DNA of 64,000 bases, taken from the NCBI GenBank assembly GCA_964607655.1, contig CAZSKX010000001.1:6314-70313 (forward strand), read 5' to 3'. Source of the stretch: an uncultured Candidatus Saccharibacteria bacterium (lineage in GTDB: Bacteria > Patescibacteriota > Minisyncoccia > Phycocordibacterales > Phycocordibacteraceae). The notes below the pieces were generated by a model. It searched no databases, had not been told where the DNA came from, and saw only the letters and a program-made list of their open reading frames with translations. Numbering within the stretch: the first letter of the stretch is position 1; every line of letters begins with the position of its first letter. The position numbers and the translations under genes were made by a program. Shown piece by piece: positions 37,889 to 47,107 of this stretch.

Positions 37889-38470
37889 ATGAGATTCATG
37901 CTCGGGGTTGACGAGGCGGGTAGGGGACCGCTCGCAGGCCCGGTAGCGGTGGGGGTCGTGGCGGTCCCTAAGGGCTTCGACGTGGAAAAAGAGTTTCCCG
38001 GAGTTGCGGACTCCAAGCGGCTCTCCGAGCAGAAGCGCGAGAGGGTGTTCGAGCTTCTCCTTGCTCGCGCCACAGCGGGAGAGGTGCGCTATACGGTCGA
38101 ATTTTCTACCGCCGCCGAGATCGACACGTACGGGATTGGCAAAGCGATCCATGCGGCAGTCGCACGTGGGGTGTATGCGCTCGCCGCATCTCCAGAAGGA
38201 GTCGAGGTCCTGCTCGACGGCTCGTTGAAGGCGCCACTGGAATATGCTCAAGAGACCATTATCCATGGCGATGCGACGGTACCGATCATTTCTCTCGCAT
38301 CGATCGCGGCGAAGGTGACGCGCGATCGGCTCATGCTCGATTTTGCGCGAGAGTATCCCCGATACGGGTTTGAGTCACACAAGGGATACGGTACGAAGCT
38401 CCACTACGAGGCGCTGAAGCTCTATGGCCCCTGCGCTATCCATCGTTCTTCATTTTTACATTTGACTTAA
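37889..38470 (+). CDS. rnhB: Ribonuclease HII
   Basis: MLGVDEAGRGPLAGPV catalytic N-terminal motif. Confidence 0.8.
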   Translation: MRFMLGVDEAGRGPLAGPVAVGVVAVPKGFDVEKEFPGVADSKRLSEQKRERVFELLLARATAGEVRYTVEFSTAAEIDTYGIGKAIHAAVARGVYALAASPEGVEVLLDGSLKAPLEYAQETIIHGDATVPIISLASIAAKVTRDRLMLDFAREYPRYGFESHKGYGTKLHYEALKLYGPCAIHRSSFLHLT

Positions 38471-38550
38471 TGTCTTAAACACAGTATAACTCTACTGGAG
38501 CTGGGCATAGGGCTCGGCTAATGACACGCTGTTGAGGTGGAGGGTACGAG

Positions 38551-38874
38551 GTGGTATTGGCTTCAGCCAAGAGTACGAAAAAAGCCGGAAAGGGATCCAA
38601 AAAAGTTCGAAAAAGGAAGAAAAAGAAGGAGTCTGAAGTAGACGCCCGACCTCATGTCGTTACGGAGTTCAAAGTAAGGACCTTCGTGGAAGGCTTTGAA
38701 GGTTGCTTTCGCTGTTTGCAGGAGTTGACCATTGTCCACGCCCCAAGTGGGTGTTCGGTGGTCTGCCCAAAAGGCATACTGCAAGGCATCTCAAGGCTGA
38801 AGCGAATGTTGGTCCCGGCCGAGCACGCCGCGACCTGTGACGGCAAGCGCCCCAAGGGCTATACGCTTGAGTAA
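38551..38874 (+). CDS. Possible truncated DUF177/YceD-like protein (Lys-rich N-terminus, Cys motifs)
   Basis: FEGCFRCLQEL and GCSVVCPKG resemble DUF177 CxxC motifs, and the position upstream of rpmF fits the conserved yceD–rpmF pairing. GTG start, atypical codon usage. Confidence 0.35.
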   Translation: MVLASAKSTKKAGKGSKKVRKRKKKKESEVDARPHVVTEFKVRTFVEGFEGCFRCLQELTIVHAPSGCSVVCPKGILQGISRLKRMLVPAEHAATCDGKRPKGYTLE

Positions 38875-38886
38875 CCAAGGGCGAAA

Positions 38887-38929
38887 GGGGCCGTTCTGCG
38901 CGTGCGCAGGGCGGCCCTTCCTCTTTTTT
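38887..38929 (+). terminator. Strong rho-independent terminator immediately upstream of rpmF
   Basis: GGGGCCGTTCTGCGCG-T-GCGCAGGGCGGCCC followed by TTCCTCTTTTTT. Confidence 0.65.
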
Positions 38930-38953
38930 AGGGCTCGTGGTAAAGTGGTCCCC

Positions 38954-39208
38954 ATGTCAGTACGAATGCGCCATACCCGCGGGCACACCAATAACCGCCG
39001 CTCACATCATGCCCTCTCGGAAACGAAGGCTATTAAAGATGCCAAGACGGGCACGCTCCGCCTGCCGCACCGTGTCGACGAATCGACCGGCACCTATCGC
39101 GGTAAGCAGATTGTCCAGGTCAAAGCGAAGAAGATTTCTACAAAGGTGAAAGGACCAAGTGTCGAGGTAGACGCGAAAGAAAAAGTAGAGAAGGCAGAGA
39201 AGTTATAA
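38954..39208 (+). CDS. rpmF: 50S ribosomal protein L32 (with a Lys-rich C-terminal extension)
   Basis: MSVRMRHTRGHTNNRRSHHAL resembles the L32 N-terminus. Confidence 0.8.
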   Translation: MSVRMRHTRGHTNNRRSHHALSETKAIKDAKTGTLRLPHRVDESTGTYRGKQIVQVKAKKISTKVKGPSVEVDAKEKVEKAEKL

Positions 39209-39284
39209 TATTTTTCCCCGTAAATCCCGCAGCTGCGCTTGCGTAGCTGCGGGATTTGCTATACTCAGTCTATAAGATCTTTCA

Positions 39285-40205
39285 ATGGCGAATCGACACT
39301 TAGCACGCTCTGTAGTTCTTCAGACACTCTTCGAGTGGGATACGACGCATGCGTCAGATACAGAAGCGCGCGAGATGCTCGAGCGTAACGTCGCAGAATT
39401 TGGCGGCGGCGACATTGATCGTCCGTTTATGGACAACCTCCTCCTGGGAGTCCTGAGTAAGCAAGAAGACCTAAATACCGTGATCACGAAGGCTGCCCCT
39501 GACTGGCCGCTCGATCGCATCGCACCCATCGACCGTAATATTCTGCGTCTCGGGCTCTTCGAGCTCCTCTTCGCCGATCGTGCGCAGGTCCCAGCCAAGG
39601 TGGCGATCAATGAAGCGATCGAACTTGCCAAGACCTTCGGCGGCGAATCATCAGGTCGTTTCGTAAACGGCGTGCTCGGCGCAGTCTATAAGGAGCTCGG
39701 TGAACCGGGCAAGGACGAACAGGGGAAGAAAAAGGTCAAGCGTGAAGATCTCCCGCTCGAGAAATATGGTGGCGGTATCGCCTATGCTAAACACGACGGT
39801 CAGTACTATCTGGCGCTTGTGCACGACGTCTTCGGGCACTGGACGCTCTCAAAAGGCCATATTGAGAAGGATCCGACGCCGCAGGCAGGAGTGGCGCGCG
39901 TCTTGAAAGAAGAGCTCGGGCTCGACGCGGTCGTCGAAGATCAGATCGGTGAAAACGAGTATATCGCCTCTCACCCCGAGAAGGGCAAGGTCGTGAAGCA
40001 CGTATGGTTCTTCTTGGCGTCCTGCAACTTCGACCCGCTCGTGCTAAAGAAGAGCGGCGGGCTCGACGACGCCAAATGGTTCCGTCTCCAGGACATCATT
40101 GACCTCAATTTCTATGATGATATGCTCCCCATCGTGACCCAGGCTGTTCAGAAGCTGCTCGATCACGCGAGCGCAGAGAAGGCGAGGGTCGCCTCACATG
40201 CCTAA
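39285..40205 (+). CDS. nusB: NusB (antitermination factor) fused to a C-terminal Nudix-hydrolase-like domain
   Basis: N-terminus MANRHLARSVVLQTLFEWD...RFVNGVLGAVYKEL matches NusB. The C-terminus GHIEKDPTPQAGVARVLKEELGL is collinear with the MutT Nudix box. Confidence 0.7.
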   Translation: MANRHLARSVVLQTLFEWDTTHASDTEAREMLERNVAEFGGGDIDRPFMDNLLLGVLSKQEDLNTVITKAAPDWPLDRIAPIDRNILRLGLFELLFADRAQVPAKVAINEAIELAKTFGGESSGRFVNGVLGAVYKELGEPGKDEQGKKKVKREDLPLEKYGGGIAYAKHDGQYYLALVHDVFGHWTLSKGHIEKDPTPQAGVARVLKEELGLDAVVEDQIGENEYIASHPEKGKVVKHVWFFLASCNFDPLVLKKSGGLDDAKWFRLQDIIDLNFYDDMLPIVTQAVQKLLDHASAEKARVASHA

Positions 40206-40890
40206 CTTTCAGCAATTTGCACTACAAAACGGCTTTACCATCGCGAATCTCGGCCTCCTCGCCGAGGCATTTACGCACCGCTCCTATCTAAACGAACATC
40301 GCGAGCACGTGGGCAATCATAACGAACGTCTCGAGTTCTTGGGGGACGCTGTCCTAGAACTGGTCATCACCGACTTCCTCTTTAAGAAGTTTCCTGAGAA
40401 GGATGAAGGTGAGCTGACTAATTATCGTGCCGCACTCGTCAATACGGTCTCACTCGCTGAGACGGCGCAGAAGACCGGCATCAACGACTATCTCTTACTC
40501 TCTAAGGGCGAAGCGAGAGACACGGGCCGCGCGCGCGACGTGATCCTTGCCGACACCTTCGAGGCGGTTATAGGGGCGCTCTTTCTCGACGCGGGATACC
40601 CAGCAGCAGAGAAGTTTATCGGGAAGAGCTTGTACGGAAAAATTGATGAGGTGATCGCCAAGCGTGCGTATCAGGACGCGAAGAGTCGGTTCCAAGAGCT
40701 CGCTCAGGAGAAGAAGGGAATCACGCCGACCTATCAGACGCTTGATGAAGTCGGTCCTGATCATGAGCGCATGTTTACCGTCGGCGTATTCCTCGGGGAG
40801 GACGAAGTGGCTCGGGGCGAAGGACGTAGTAAACAGGAGGCCGAACAGTCCGCTGCTCAGGCAGCGCTCGCCAAAAACGGTTGGGCATGA
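40198..40890 (+). CDS. rnc: Ribonuclease III
   Basis: Catalytic signature ERLEFLGDAVLELVITDFLF and a C-terminal dsRBD. Overlaps nusB by 8 nt. Confidence 0.9.
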   Translation: MPNFQQFALQNGFTIANLGLLAEAFTHRSYLNEHREHVGNHNERLEFLGDAVLELVITDFLFKKFPEKDEGELTNYRAALVNTVSLAETAQKTGINDYLLLSKGEARDTGRARDVILADTFEAVIGALFLDAGYPAAEKFIGKSLYGKIDEVIAKRAYQDAKSRFQELAQEKKGITPTYQTLDEVGPDHERMFTVGVFLGEDEVARGEGRSKQEAEQSAAQAALAKNGWA

Positions 40891-41177
40891 ACTGGAGCGT
40901 AATCGTTGCCGCGGGATTGCTGTTACTTCCTCAAGCCGCTTTAGCAGGGCCTATTTTTTCTTGTGAGGGCCTAAAGGGATTCTTGTTTTGCTCTTACGCG
41001 TTATTCGCCATATTTAGTCCATTTATTGCCCTTGCATTGATGCCCGTGTTTGTTGCTATAGTCATCTATTGGTATTATCGCCCCGGCAGAGTTTCGACGG
41101 TTATAACAGCCTGGATCATTCTTCTCTTGGAAATTGCAGCGCTCGGCGTCTTTATCTATACCCAGGTGGGATTCTGA
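40881..41177 (+). CDS. Hypothetical small membrane protein (3 TM helices)
   Basis: 98-aa hydrophobic ORF overlapping the rnc end. Confidence 0.35.
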   Translation: MGMNWSVIVAAGLLLLPQAALAGPIFSCEGLKGFLFCSYALFAIFSPFIALALMPVFVAIVIYWYYRPGRVSTVITAWIILLLEIAALGVFIYTQVGF

Positions 41178-41215
41178 TCGAGGCAGCTCTGGTTCGTTTG
41201 CTACAATAAAGAGCA

Positions 41216-43426
41216 ATGCTGAAGCGGCTTGAAATAGTCGGGTTCAAATCTTTTGTACGCAAGACCGTGCTCGATTTCTCTGCGTCGACCACCGCGATCG
41301 TAGGGCCCAACGGCTCGGGCAAGAGTAACGTGGCCGAGGCCTTCCGCTTCGCGCTTGGCGAGCAGTCGATGAAGAGTATGCGCGGGAAGCGCGCCGAGGA
41401 CCTGATCTGGAACGGCTCACACACGGTCCCACGCGCGAACCGGGCGGCGGTCGGGATCGTCTTCGACAACCCGATGCGTCACGGCAAGCGGGTCTTCAAT
41501 ATCGACTTCGACGAGATCACGATCGAGCGTGCCGTGATGCGCGATGGTTCGAGTGAATACTCGATCAATGGTTCGCGCGTGCGTTTGCGCGATATTGAGG
41601 AATTGCTTGCGGGAGCAAACATTGGCGAGACGGGACACCACATTATCTCCCAGGGCGAGGCAGACCGGATTTTGTTGGCGAATAACCGCGAGCGTCGCAT
41701 CATGCTCGAGGACGCGCTTGGCTTAAAGCTCTTTGAATTTAAAAAGCAGGAGGCAGAGAAGAAGCTAGAGAAGACCGAGACGAATATCCAGCAGGTTAAT
41801 TCGCTCCGTCGCGAGCTGGCACCCCACCTCCGCTTCCTCGAGCGGCAGGTAGAGAAGCTCGAGCGTGCTGAAGGATTCCGCCGGGAGCTTATTGAACTGG
41901 GGCAGACCTACTTCGCTACGGAAGATGCGTATCTCGCTGACGAGAAAGAGAAAACGATCAAGCGGCGCTCTGAGGCCAAGGAGCGGCTCGCTACAGTGAG
42001 CGCCGAGCTCGCGGCGATCGAAGAGCGGACGATGGTCGACGCTGAGGGCGCAAAACGTCTTGAGACCGTGCGTAAACACGAGCAGCGCGCTGACAAGCTC
42101 GCAGCTGAGCGGAGCACCCTCGCGCGCGATATCGGGCGCGTCGAGGGAGCTCTCTATAGTGCCAAGGAGCGCACTAAGCGGATGGTGAACGATGCCTATG
42201 CGCGCGTCGCGCGCGAGGACTTGAGCGCGCTCGCCGAAGAAGCCCAGAAACACTTAAACCGTTCGGCGAGCGGTGAGACAGCGCTTATCGCGCTGAAGGC
42301 GCTCGTCGATACGATAAAAATGTTTGTTGATCGCTTTATCGCGCCAGGCGATGACGTGCTTTCTGAAGAGGAGCGTTCGGTGTATGGGCTCGAGCAGGAA
42401 CACGAGCAGCTGGTGAAGAAGGATAAGCTCCTTGCCGAAGAGCTCGAAGAGACACGTCTCGCCCTCGCACGCGCTCGCGAAGCGCTCACCGCGCACGATG
42501 AGACGGGGAGGGACTTGCGTCGCCACATTCTCGAATATGCGCAGACAAAGGCACGAGAAGAAAGCGAAGTTGTGCGTCTCGAGGCACGCGAACGAGAACT
42601 CGAGCTTCTGTCCCAACATCTCGATACGGAAAAAGCAGAAGTGGGCGTGCTCGTTGGTCTCGCGGTGACCTCGTACGCAGCGCTCACGAGTCCGCCGTCT
42701 GAGCCACGCGAGAAGCAGGAAGAGCGCAAGCATCAGATCGAACGCCTCAAGATTCGTCTTGAAGAGGCGGGGGGCACCGGCGAAGATATTCGTGCCGAAC
42801 ATAAAGAAGTTTCTGAACGCGAAGCCTTTCTCGCTAAAGAGCTTGAAGATCTCGCCAAGAGCGCCGAGAGTCTTGGTGCACTGATTAATGATTTAAATAC
42901 TGAACTCGCCAAGCACTTCAACGAGGGGCTGATCAAGGTGAACACCTCCTTCAACGAATATTTCGCACTCATGTTTGGTGGCGGCTCGGCACGTCTGGTG
43001 CTCGAAGAGCCAGAGAAAGGGGAGTCAGAAGAAGGGGAGATGCTGGAAGAGGATGAAGATGAGAAAGAGAAGATGGGTATCGAGATCGCCGTAAATCTGC
43101 CCAAGAAGAAAGTGCGCTCACTCATGCAGCTCTCGGGCGGCGAGCGCGCCCTCACGAGCATCGCGCTCATCTTCGCGATGAGCCAGGTCAACCCGCCACC
43201 ATTCCTTATCCTCGACGAGACCGATGCTGCCCTCGACGAGGCGAACTCGCGCCGCTACGGCGATATGATCGAGAATCTCGCGAAGCACTCGCAGCTCATC
43301 GTGATCACCCACAACAGAGAGACTATGAGCCGTGCAGGTATTCTCTACGGCGTCACCATGGGTGGCGACGGTGTTTCCAAACTCCTCTCGGTAAAATTTG
43401 ACGAAGCAGTGTCGGTAGCAAAGTAG
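41216..43426 (+). CDS. smc: SMC-like chromosome segregation ATPase, short (736 aa, no recognisable hinge)
   Basis: N-terminal Walker A IVGPNGSGKSNVAEAFRFALGEQS, a long coiled coil, and C-terminal signature LSGGERALTSIALIFAM plus Walker B FLILDETDAALD. Confidence 0.7.
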   Translation: MLKRLEIVGFKSFVRKTVLDFSASTTAIVGPNGSGKSNVAEAFRFALGEQSMKSMRGKRAEDLIWNGSHTVPRANRAAVGIVFDNPMRHGKRVFNIDFDEITIERAVMRDGSSEYSINGSRVRLRDIEELLAGANIGETGHHIISQGEADRILLANNRERRIMLEDALGLKLFEFKKQEAEKKLEKTETNIQQVNSLRRELAPHLRFLERQVEKLERAEGFRRELIELGQTYFATEDAYLADEKEKTIKRRSEAKERLATVSAELAAIEERTMVDAEGAKRLETVRKHEQRADKLAAERSTLARDIGRVEGALYSAKERTKRMVNDAYARVAREDLSALAEEAQKHLNRSASGETALIALKALVDTIKMFVDRFIAPGDDVLSEEERSVYGLEQEHEQLVKKDKLLAEELEETRLALARAREALTAHDETGRDLRRHILEYAQTKAREESEVVRLEARERELELLSQHLDTEKAEVGVLVGLAVTSYAALTSPPSEPREKQEERKHQIERLKIRLEEAGGTGEDIRAEHKEVSEREAFLAKELEDLAKSAESLGALINDLNTELAKHFNEGLIKVNTSFNEYFALMFGGGSARLVLEEPEKGESEEGEMLEEDEDEKEKMGIEIAVNLPKKKVRSLMQLSGGERALTSIALIFAMSQVNPPPFLILDETDAALDEANSRRYGDMIENLAKHSQLIVITHNRETMSRAGILYGVTMGGDGVSKLLSVKFDEAVSVAK

Positions 43427-43484
43427 ATTTGACCGAAGTCACTTCTGTGGTAATGTATGAACGGATCACCAAGGAGGTGAAATA

Positions 43485-43769
43485 ATGAATCTGATTGAAG
43501 AAGTTCAGAGTCGTCTACTAACGAGGGTGCCGAATGTTGTCATTACGATGCCCGACCGTCCTCTCGGTGAAGATCAGGGGTGGTGGTTCCTCGGTGTCGC
43601 GCAAGGCGAGAAGGGGATGCTCGTGGCCTGGCAGAAAGGGCAGGACTTCGCCTTCACGTATCACGATGGTTGGGAAGAGGAGTTCGCAAACCCCAACCAG
43701 TGCGACGAGGTCGTTCCTGCCGCCGACCTCGACCGCGTCATCGAACGAGTCGTTGAGATCCTTTCCTGA
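43485..43769 (+). CDS. Hypothetical protein
   Basis: Strong SD AAGGAGGTG 7 nt upstream of the ATG. 94 aa. Confidence 0.45.
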   Translation: MNLIEEVQSRLLTRVPNVVITMPDRPLGEDQGWWFLGVAQGEKGMLVAWQKGQDFAFTYHDGWEEEFANPNQCDEVVPAADLDRVIERVVEILS

Positions 43770-43840
43770 AGAAGACGGACGAGGGGGCACCAGCCCCCTC
43801 GCCACGGGCGAGCAATTCCTGACGAAACCGTCGGGATTTT

Positions 43841-44137
43841 TTATTGACTATCGCAACTGTTGGGGAAGAATCCGTTTGGCGTACATGTTCTTGATTTGAC
43901 GACACCGATGCAGTAGCTTTTAAATTCTTCTTCTGCGACCGCATTTCCACTCACGAGTTTGCTGATATCGTTCTGTAGCGTTCTTAGTGTCGTTCGGGTC
44001 TCGATACCGACACATGTGCACGAACGCGTTGCCACAGCCATTCCACTGCCAGAGCAAAGAGGGAATGAGTCAGCCTGGGTCCATACCGCAAAAGTCAAAA
44101 CAACAACAAGAGCGAGCCCGATAAAAAAATTTCTCAT
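43841..44137 (-). CDS. Small secreted cysteine-rich protein (signal peptide, 8 Cys)
   Basis: MRNFFIGLALVVVLTFAVWTQA signal peptide, then paired cysteines. Confidence 0.4.
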   Translation of the reverse strand: MRNFFIGLALVVVLTFAVWTQADSFPLCSGSGMAVATRSCTCVGIETRTTLRTLQNDISKLVSGNAVAEEEFKSYCIGVVKSRTCTPNGFFPNSCDSQ

Positions 44138-44175
44138 ATGCGCAGTATAGCCCAGCCCGCCGACGCAATTCTCTT

Positions 44176-46137
44176 TTATGCAGGAACGAAATCTAATTCT
44201 TTTTCAGCGACGCGAGCGGCCATGAGCGTTACCTTGATCGGGTCGCCGAGCTGGTAGACCTTGCCTGTGCGCTTGCCGACAAGACGGTAGTGTTTTTCAT
44301 CGTATTCAAAGAAGTCGTCGCCGACGTTGCGGACAGCGATCATCCCGTCTGAGTGCGTTGACTGCTCCTCGACGTAGAGGCCGCGGTCGGTCACGCCCGA
44401 GATGACCGCATCGAAGGTATCCCCAATGCGTCCCGCGAGGAACTCGACCTGCTTCATCTTCACGCTGTCGCGCTCGGCCTCAGAAGCGCCCACTTCGCGC
44501 TCGCTCGCGTGGCGCGCGAGCGAATCGAATTCCTGCATCTCTTTGATCGAGACGGGCTCGCCACCGGCATGCGACTTAACGAGGCGATGGATCACCAGGT
44601 CGGGGTACCGGCGGATCGGGCTCGTGAAGTGGGTGTAGTAGTCGAAGGCGAGTCCGAAGTGGCCGATGTTACGCGTGGCGTAGACGGCCTTGCTCATCGA
44701 CCGCAGGGTCGCAGTCTTCACGAGATATTCTTCGGGCTTACCCTTTACCTCTTCGAGAAGCCGGTTGAGCTCTGCGCCCGAGATTTTGCTGCCTTTGAAA
44801 TGAAGATTGTAGCCCATGACGCGTAGGAGCTGCGCGAGATTCTCGAGGCGATCGGCGTCAGGCTCGTCGTGGATACGGTAGAGCGAGAAGCAGGTCGGCC
44901 CGCATTCGTCGGTGAGCTTCGAGAGGTACTTCGCAACGGCTTCATTCGCGAGGAGCATGAAGTCCTCGATCATCAGGTTCGTATCCTGACGAAGCTTTAG
45001 CTTGATCGCGATAGGGTGACCCTCGCTGTCGAGCTCGACCTTTACCTCTGGGGTGTCGAACTCGATCGCGCCCTTCGCCTGACGGCGGGTACGAATCTTC
45101 TTAGAGAGCGCGAGCAGGGTAGCGAGCTCGGCGTGCATCGTGCCCTCGCCTTTATCAAGCACGCCCTGGGCCTCTTCGTACGTAAAGCGTTTGTCTGAGT
45201 GGATCACCGTCTCGCCAAACCACTGGTCAACAATGTTTGCCTCTTTATCGAGAGTGAAAACAGCGGAGACAGAAAGACGGTCCTCGTTTGGGCGGAGAGA
45301 ACAGAGGTCGTTACTAAGTACCTCGGGGAGCATCGGGATCGTGCGGTCGACGAGGTAGACGCTCGTGGCGCGCTCGACGGCCTCAGTATTGATAGCTGTG
45401 CCCGGGCGAACGAAGAATGAGACGTCGGCGATGTGTACGCCCACTTCGTAATTACCATCGGGCAGGGTGCGGATCGAGAGCGCGTCGTCGAAGTCCTTTG
45501 CGTCGAAGGGGTCGATGGTGCAGGTCGGCACACCACGGAAGTCTCTACGACGCCCACTCGCGACTCCTTGTTCGGCTTCTTCAACAAGCGTCACACGTCC
45601 GTTTTCTTCTAGTTTTTTCGCTTCAGCGGCGACGCCGGGCGAGAGCGTGGGCGAGAACCCTTGGCCGAGCGCGAGCGCGCGCATCTCGACGTCGTGCATT
45701 CCTGCGCGACCGATCACCTCCTCGACGACGCCCTCGGGATACTCCATGTCAGCCTCCCATCGGGTGAGTCGTACGAGCACTTTATCGCCGATCGTAGCCT
45801 CGCCGAGGTCTGGCACGAGGATCGGCACATGCATCTTCTTATGGTCAGGGGAGAGGTAGGTGTTGTGGTTCTCGGTATTCTCGAGCAGCGTACCGACGAA
45901 GGTTTCGCGAGCGCGCTTTATGATCTCGATGACCTTGCCTGAGGCGCGCGGCGGCATGCGGCCCATCGGGTCGCTATACATCCCTGTCAGGACGACCTTG
46001 ACCGTGTCGCCGTGGAGCGCGTGGAGGGTGGTCTCGGCAGGGATGAGGAGGTCTTCTTTGCCTTCGCCGATGCTAAAAAACCCGAGGCCCTTGCGGGTCA
46101 TCGTGATGGGGCCTTCGAATACCTTAGGATCGGGCAT
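44176..46137 (-). CDS. rnr: Ribonuclease R (RNB-family 3'-5' exoribonuclease)
   Basis: RNB motif DAKDFDDALSIRTLPDGNYEVGVHIADVSFFV and a C-terminal S1-like domain. 653 aa. Confidence 0.85.
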   Translation of the reverse strand: MPDPKVFEGPITMTRKGLGFFSIGEGKEDLLIPAETTLHALHGDTVKVVLTGMYSDPMGRMPPRASGKVIEIIKRARETFVGTLLENTENHNTYLSPDHKKMHVPILVPDLGEATIGDKVLVRLTRWEADMEYPEGVVEEVIGRAGMHDVEMRALALGQGFSPTLSPGVAAEAKKLEENGRVTLVEEAEQGVASGRRRDFRGVPTCTIDPFDAKDFDDALSIRTLPDGNYEVGVHIADVSFFVRPGTAINTEAVERATSVYLVDRTIPMLPEVLSNDLCSLRPNEDRLSVSAVFTLDKEANIVDQWFGETVIHSDKRFTYEEAQGVLDKGEGTMHAELATLLALSKKIRTRRQAKGAIEFDTPEVKVELDSEGHPIAIKLKLRQDTNLMIEDFMLLANEAVAKYLSKLTDECGPTCFSLYRIHDEPDADRLENLAQLLRVMGYNLHFKGSKISGAELNRLLEEVKGKPEEYLVKTATLRSMSKAVYATRNIGHFGLAFDYYTHFTSPIRRYPDLVIHRLVKSHAGGEPVSIKEMQEFDSLARHASEREVGASEAERDSVKMKQVEFLAGRIGDTFDAVISGVTDRGLYVEEQSTHSDGMIAVRNVGDDFFEYDEKHYRLVGKRTGKVYQLGDPIKVTLMAARVAEKELDFVPA

Positions 46138-46195
46138 GGGGGTAGTGTTTATCGCACTCTAGCAATATTTTACGGGTTCTGCTATAGTCACGAGC

Positions 46196-46771
46196 ATGTT
46201 GATGATTCGATTTCAGCGCATCGGCCGGGCCAACGATCCGGCATTTCGCATTTCCGTCCTCGAGAAGGAGCGTGCCGCACAGGCAGGCAATATCGTTGAG
46301 CTGCTCGGTACATACAATCCTAAGAGCAAGGCCGTAACGCTTAACAAAGAGCGCGTCCTTCACTGGATCTCGAAGGGTGCTCAGCCGACCGACTCGATCC
46401 GTAACCTTCTCATTAACCAGAAGGTCCTCGAGGGCAAGAAGGTAAACGCCCTCCCGAAGAAGACGGTCCAGGTAGACGAGGAGGCTGTTGCAGCAGCGAA
46501 GGCCGCAGAAGAGAAGGCGGCAGCAGAGGCAAAGGCTGCGAAGGAGGCTGAAGAGGCAGCGGCCGCGGCTGCAGCAGCACCGGCTCCTGAAGCCGCTCCT
46601 GCCGTTGAGGAGACTCCAGCTCCTGAGGCTGCGCCAGTAGTAGAGGAGGCTCCGATGCCGACCGAGGCAGAGGTAGTCGCAGAGGCAGAGCCAGCTCCAG
46701 CAGAAGAGGCTCCTTTAGAAGCTGCACCCGCAGAGGAGGTCGCTGCGAAAGAAGAGACTCCAGCCGCTTAA
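46196..46771 (+). CDS. rpsP: 30S ribosomal protein S16 with a ~110-aa Ala/Glu/Pro-rich C-terminal extension
   Basis: MIRFQRIGRANDPAFRISV...GTYNP core, then AAAKAAEEKAAAEAKAAKEAEE...PAPEAAP. Confidence 0.8.
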   Translation: MLMIRFQRIGRANDPAFRISVLEKERAAQAGNIVELLGTYNPKSKAVTLNKERVLHWISKGAQPTDSIRNLLINQKVLEGKKVNALPKKTVQVDEEAVAAAKAAEEKAAAEAKAAKEAEEAAAAAAAAPAPEAAPAVEETPAPEAAPVVEEAPMPTEAEVVAEAEPAPAEEAPLEAAPAEEVAAKEETPAA

Positions 46772-46813
46772 GTCTCCGCGCCACGAGGCGCTTTACTGAT
46801 CTAATACGCTGAT

Positions 46814-47107
46814 ATGGAAACCGATCAAGCATTTCTCGAATACGCAGTGAAGGCACTTGTCGACCACCCTGAGTCGGTCGAGACGACCCGCTCTATCGAC
46901 CAGATGGGCGTACTCCTTACTCTCACCGTACACCCCGAAGACATGGGGAAGATCATCGGCAAGAGCGGCAAGACTGCCGAGGCGCTTCGCATTCTCCTAC
47001 GCGTAGTAGGGATGAAGGGCAATGCGCGCGTGAACCTCAAGATCAATGAGCCGGTGGGTGGTAAGCGCGACGCGAGCGCTCCCGCCGACGAGCCCTACAC
47101 CGACTAA
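46814..47107 (+). CDS. KH-domain RNA-binding protein (UPF0109/YlqC family)
   Basis: GKIIGKSGKTAEALRILLRVV KH motif. Conserved position between rpsP and trmD. Confidence 0.75.
   Translation: METDQAFLEYAVKALVDHPESVETTRSIDQMGVLLTLTVHPEDMGKIIGKSGKTAEALRILLRVVGMKGNARVNLKINEPVGGKRDASAPADEPYTD

Noticed and set aside
38471-38953. Possible RNase P RNA, tmRNA or SRP RNA in the 480-nt region between rnhB and rpmF (AAGGGCGAAAGGGG resembles the RNase P AGGGUGAAAGGGUG block).
   Set aside because: No P4 (GGAAAGUCCGG / CCGGCUUA) pairing, no tRNA-like 3' end and no SRP domain IV motif were found. The similarity sits at the 3' end inside a terminator hairpin. A DUF177-like ORF explains the region better.
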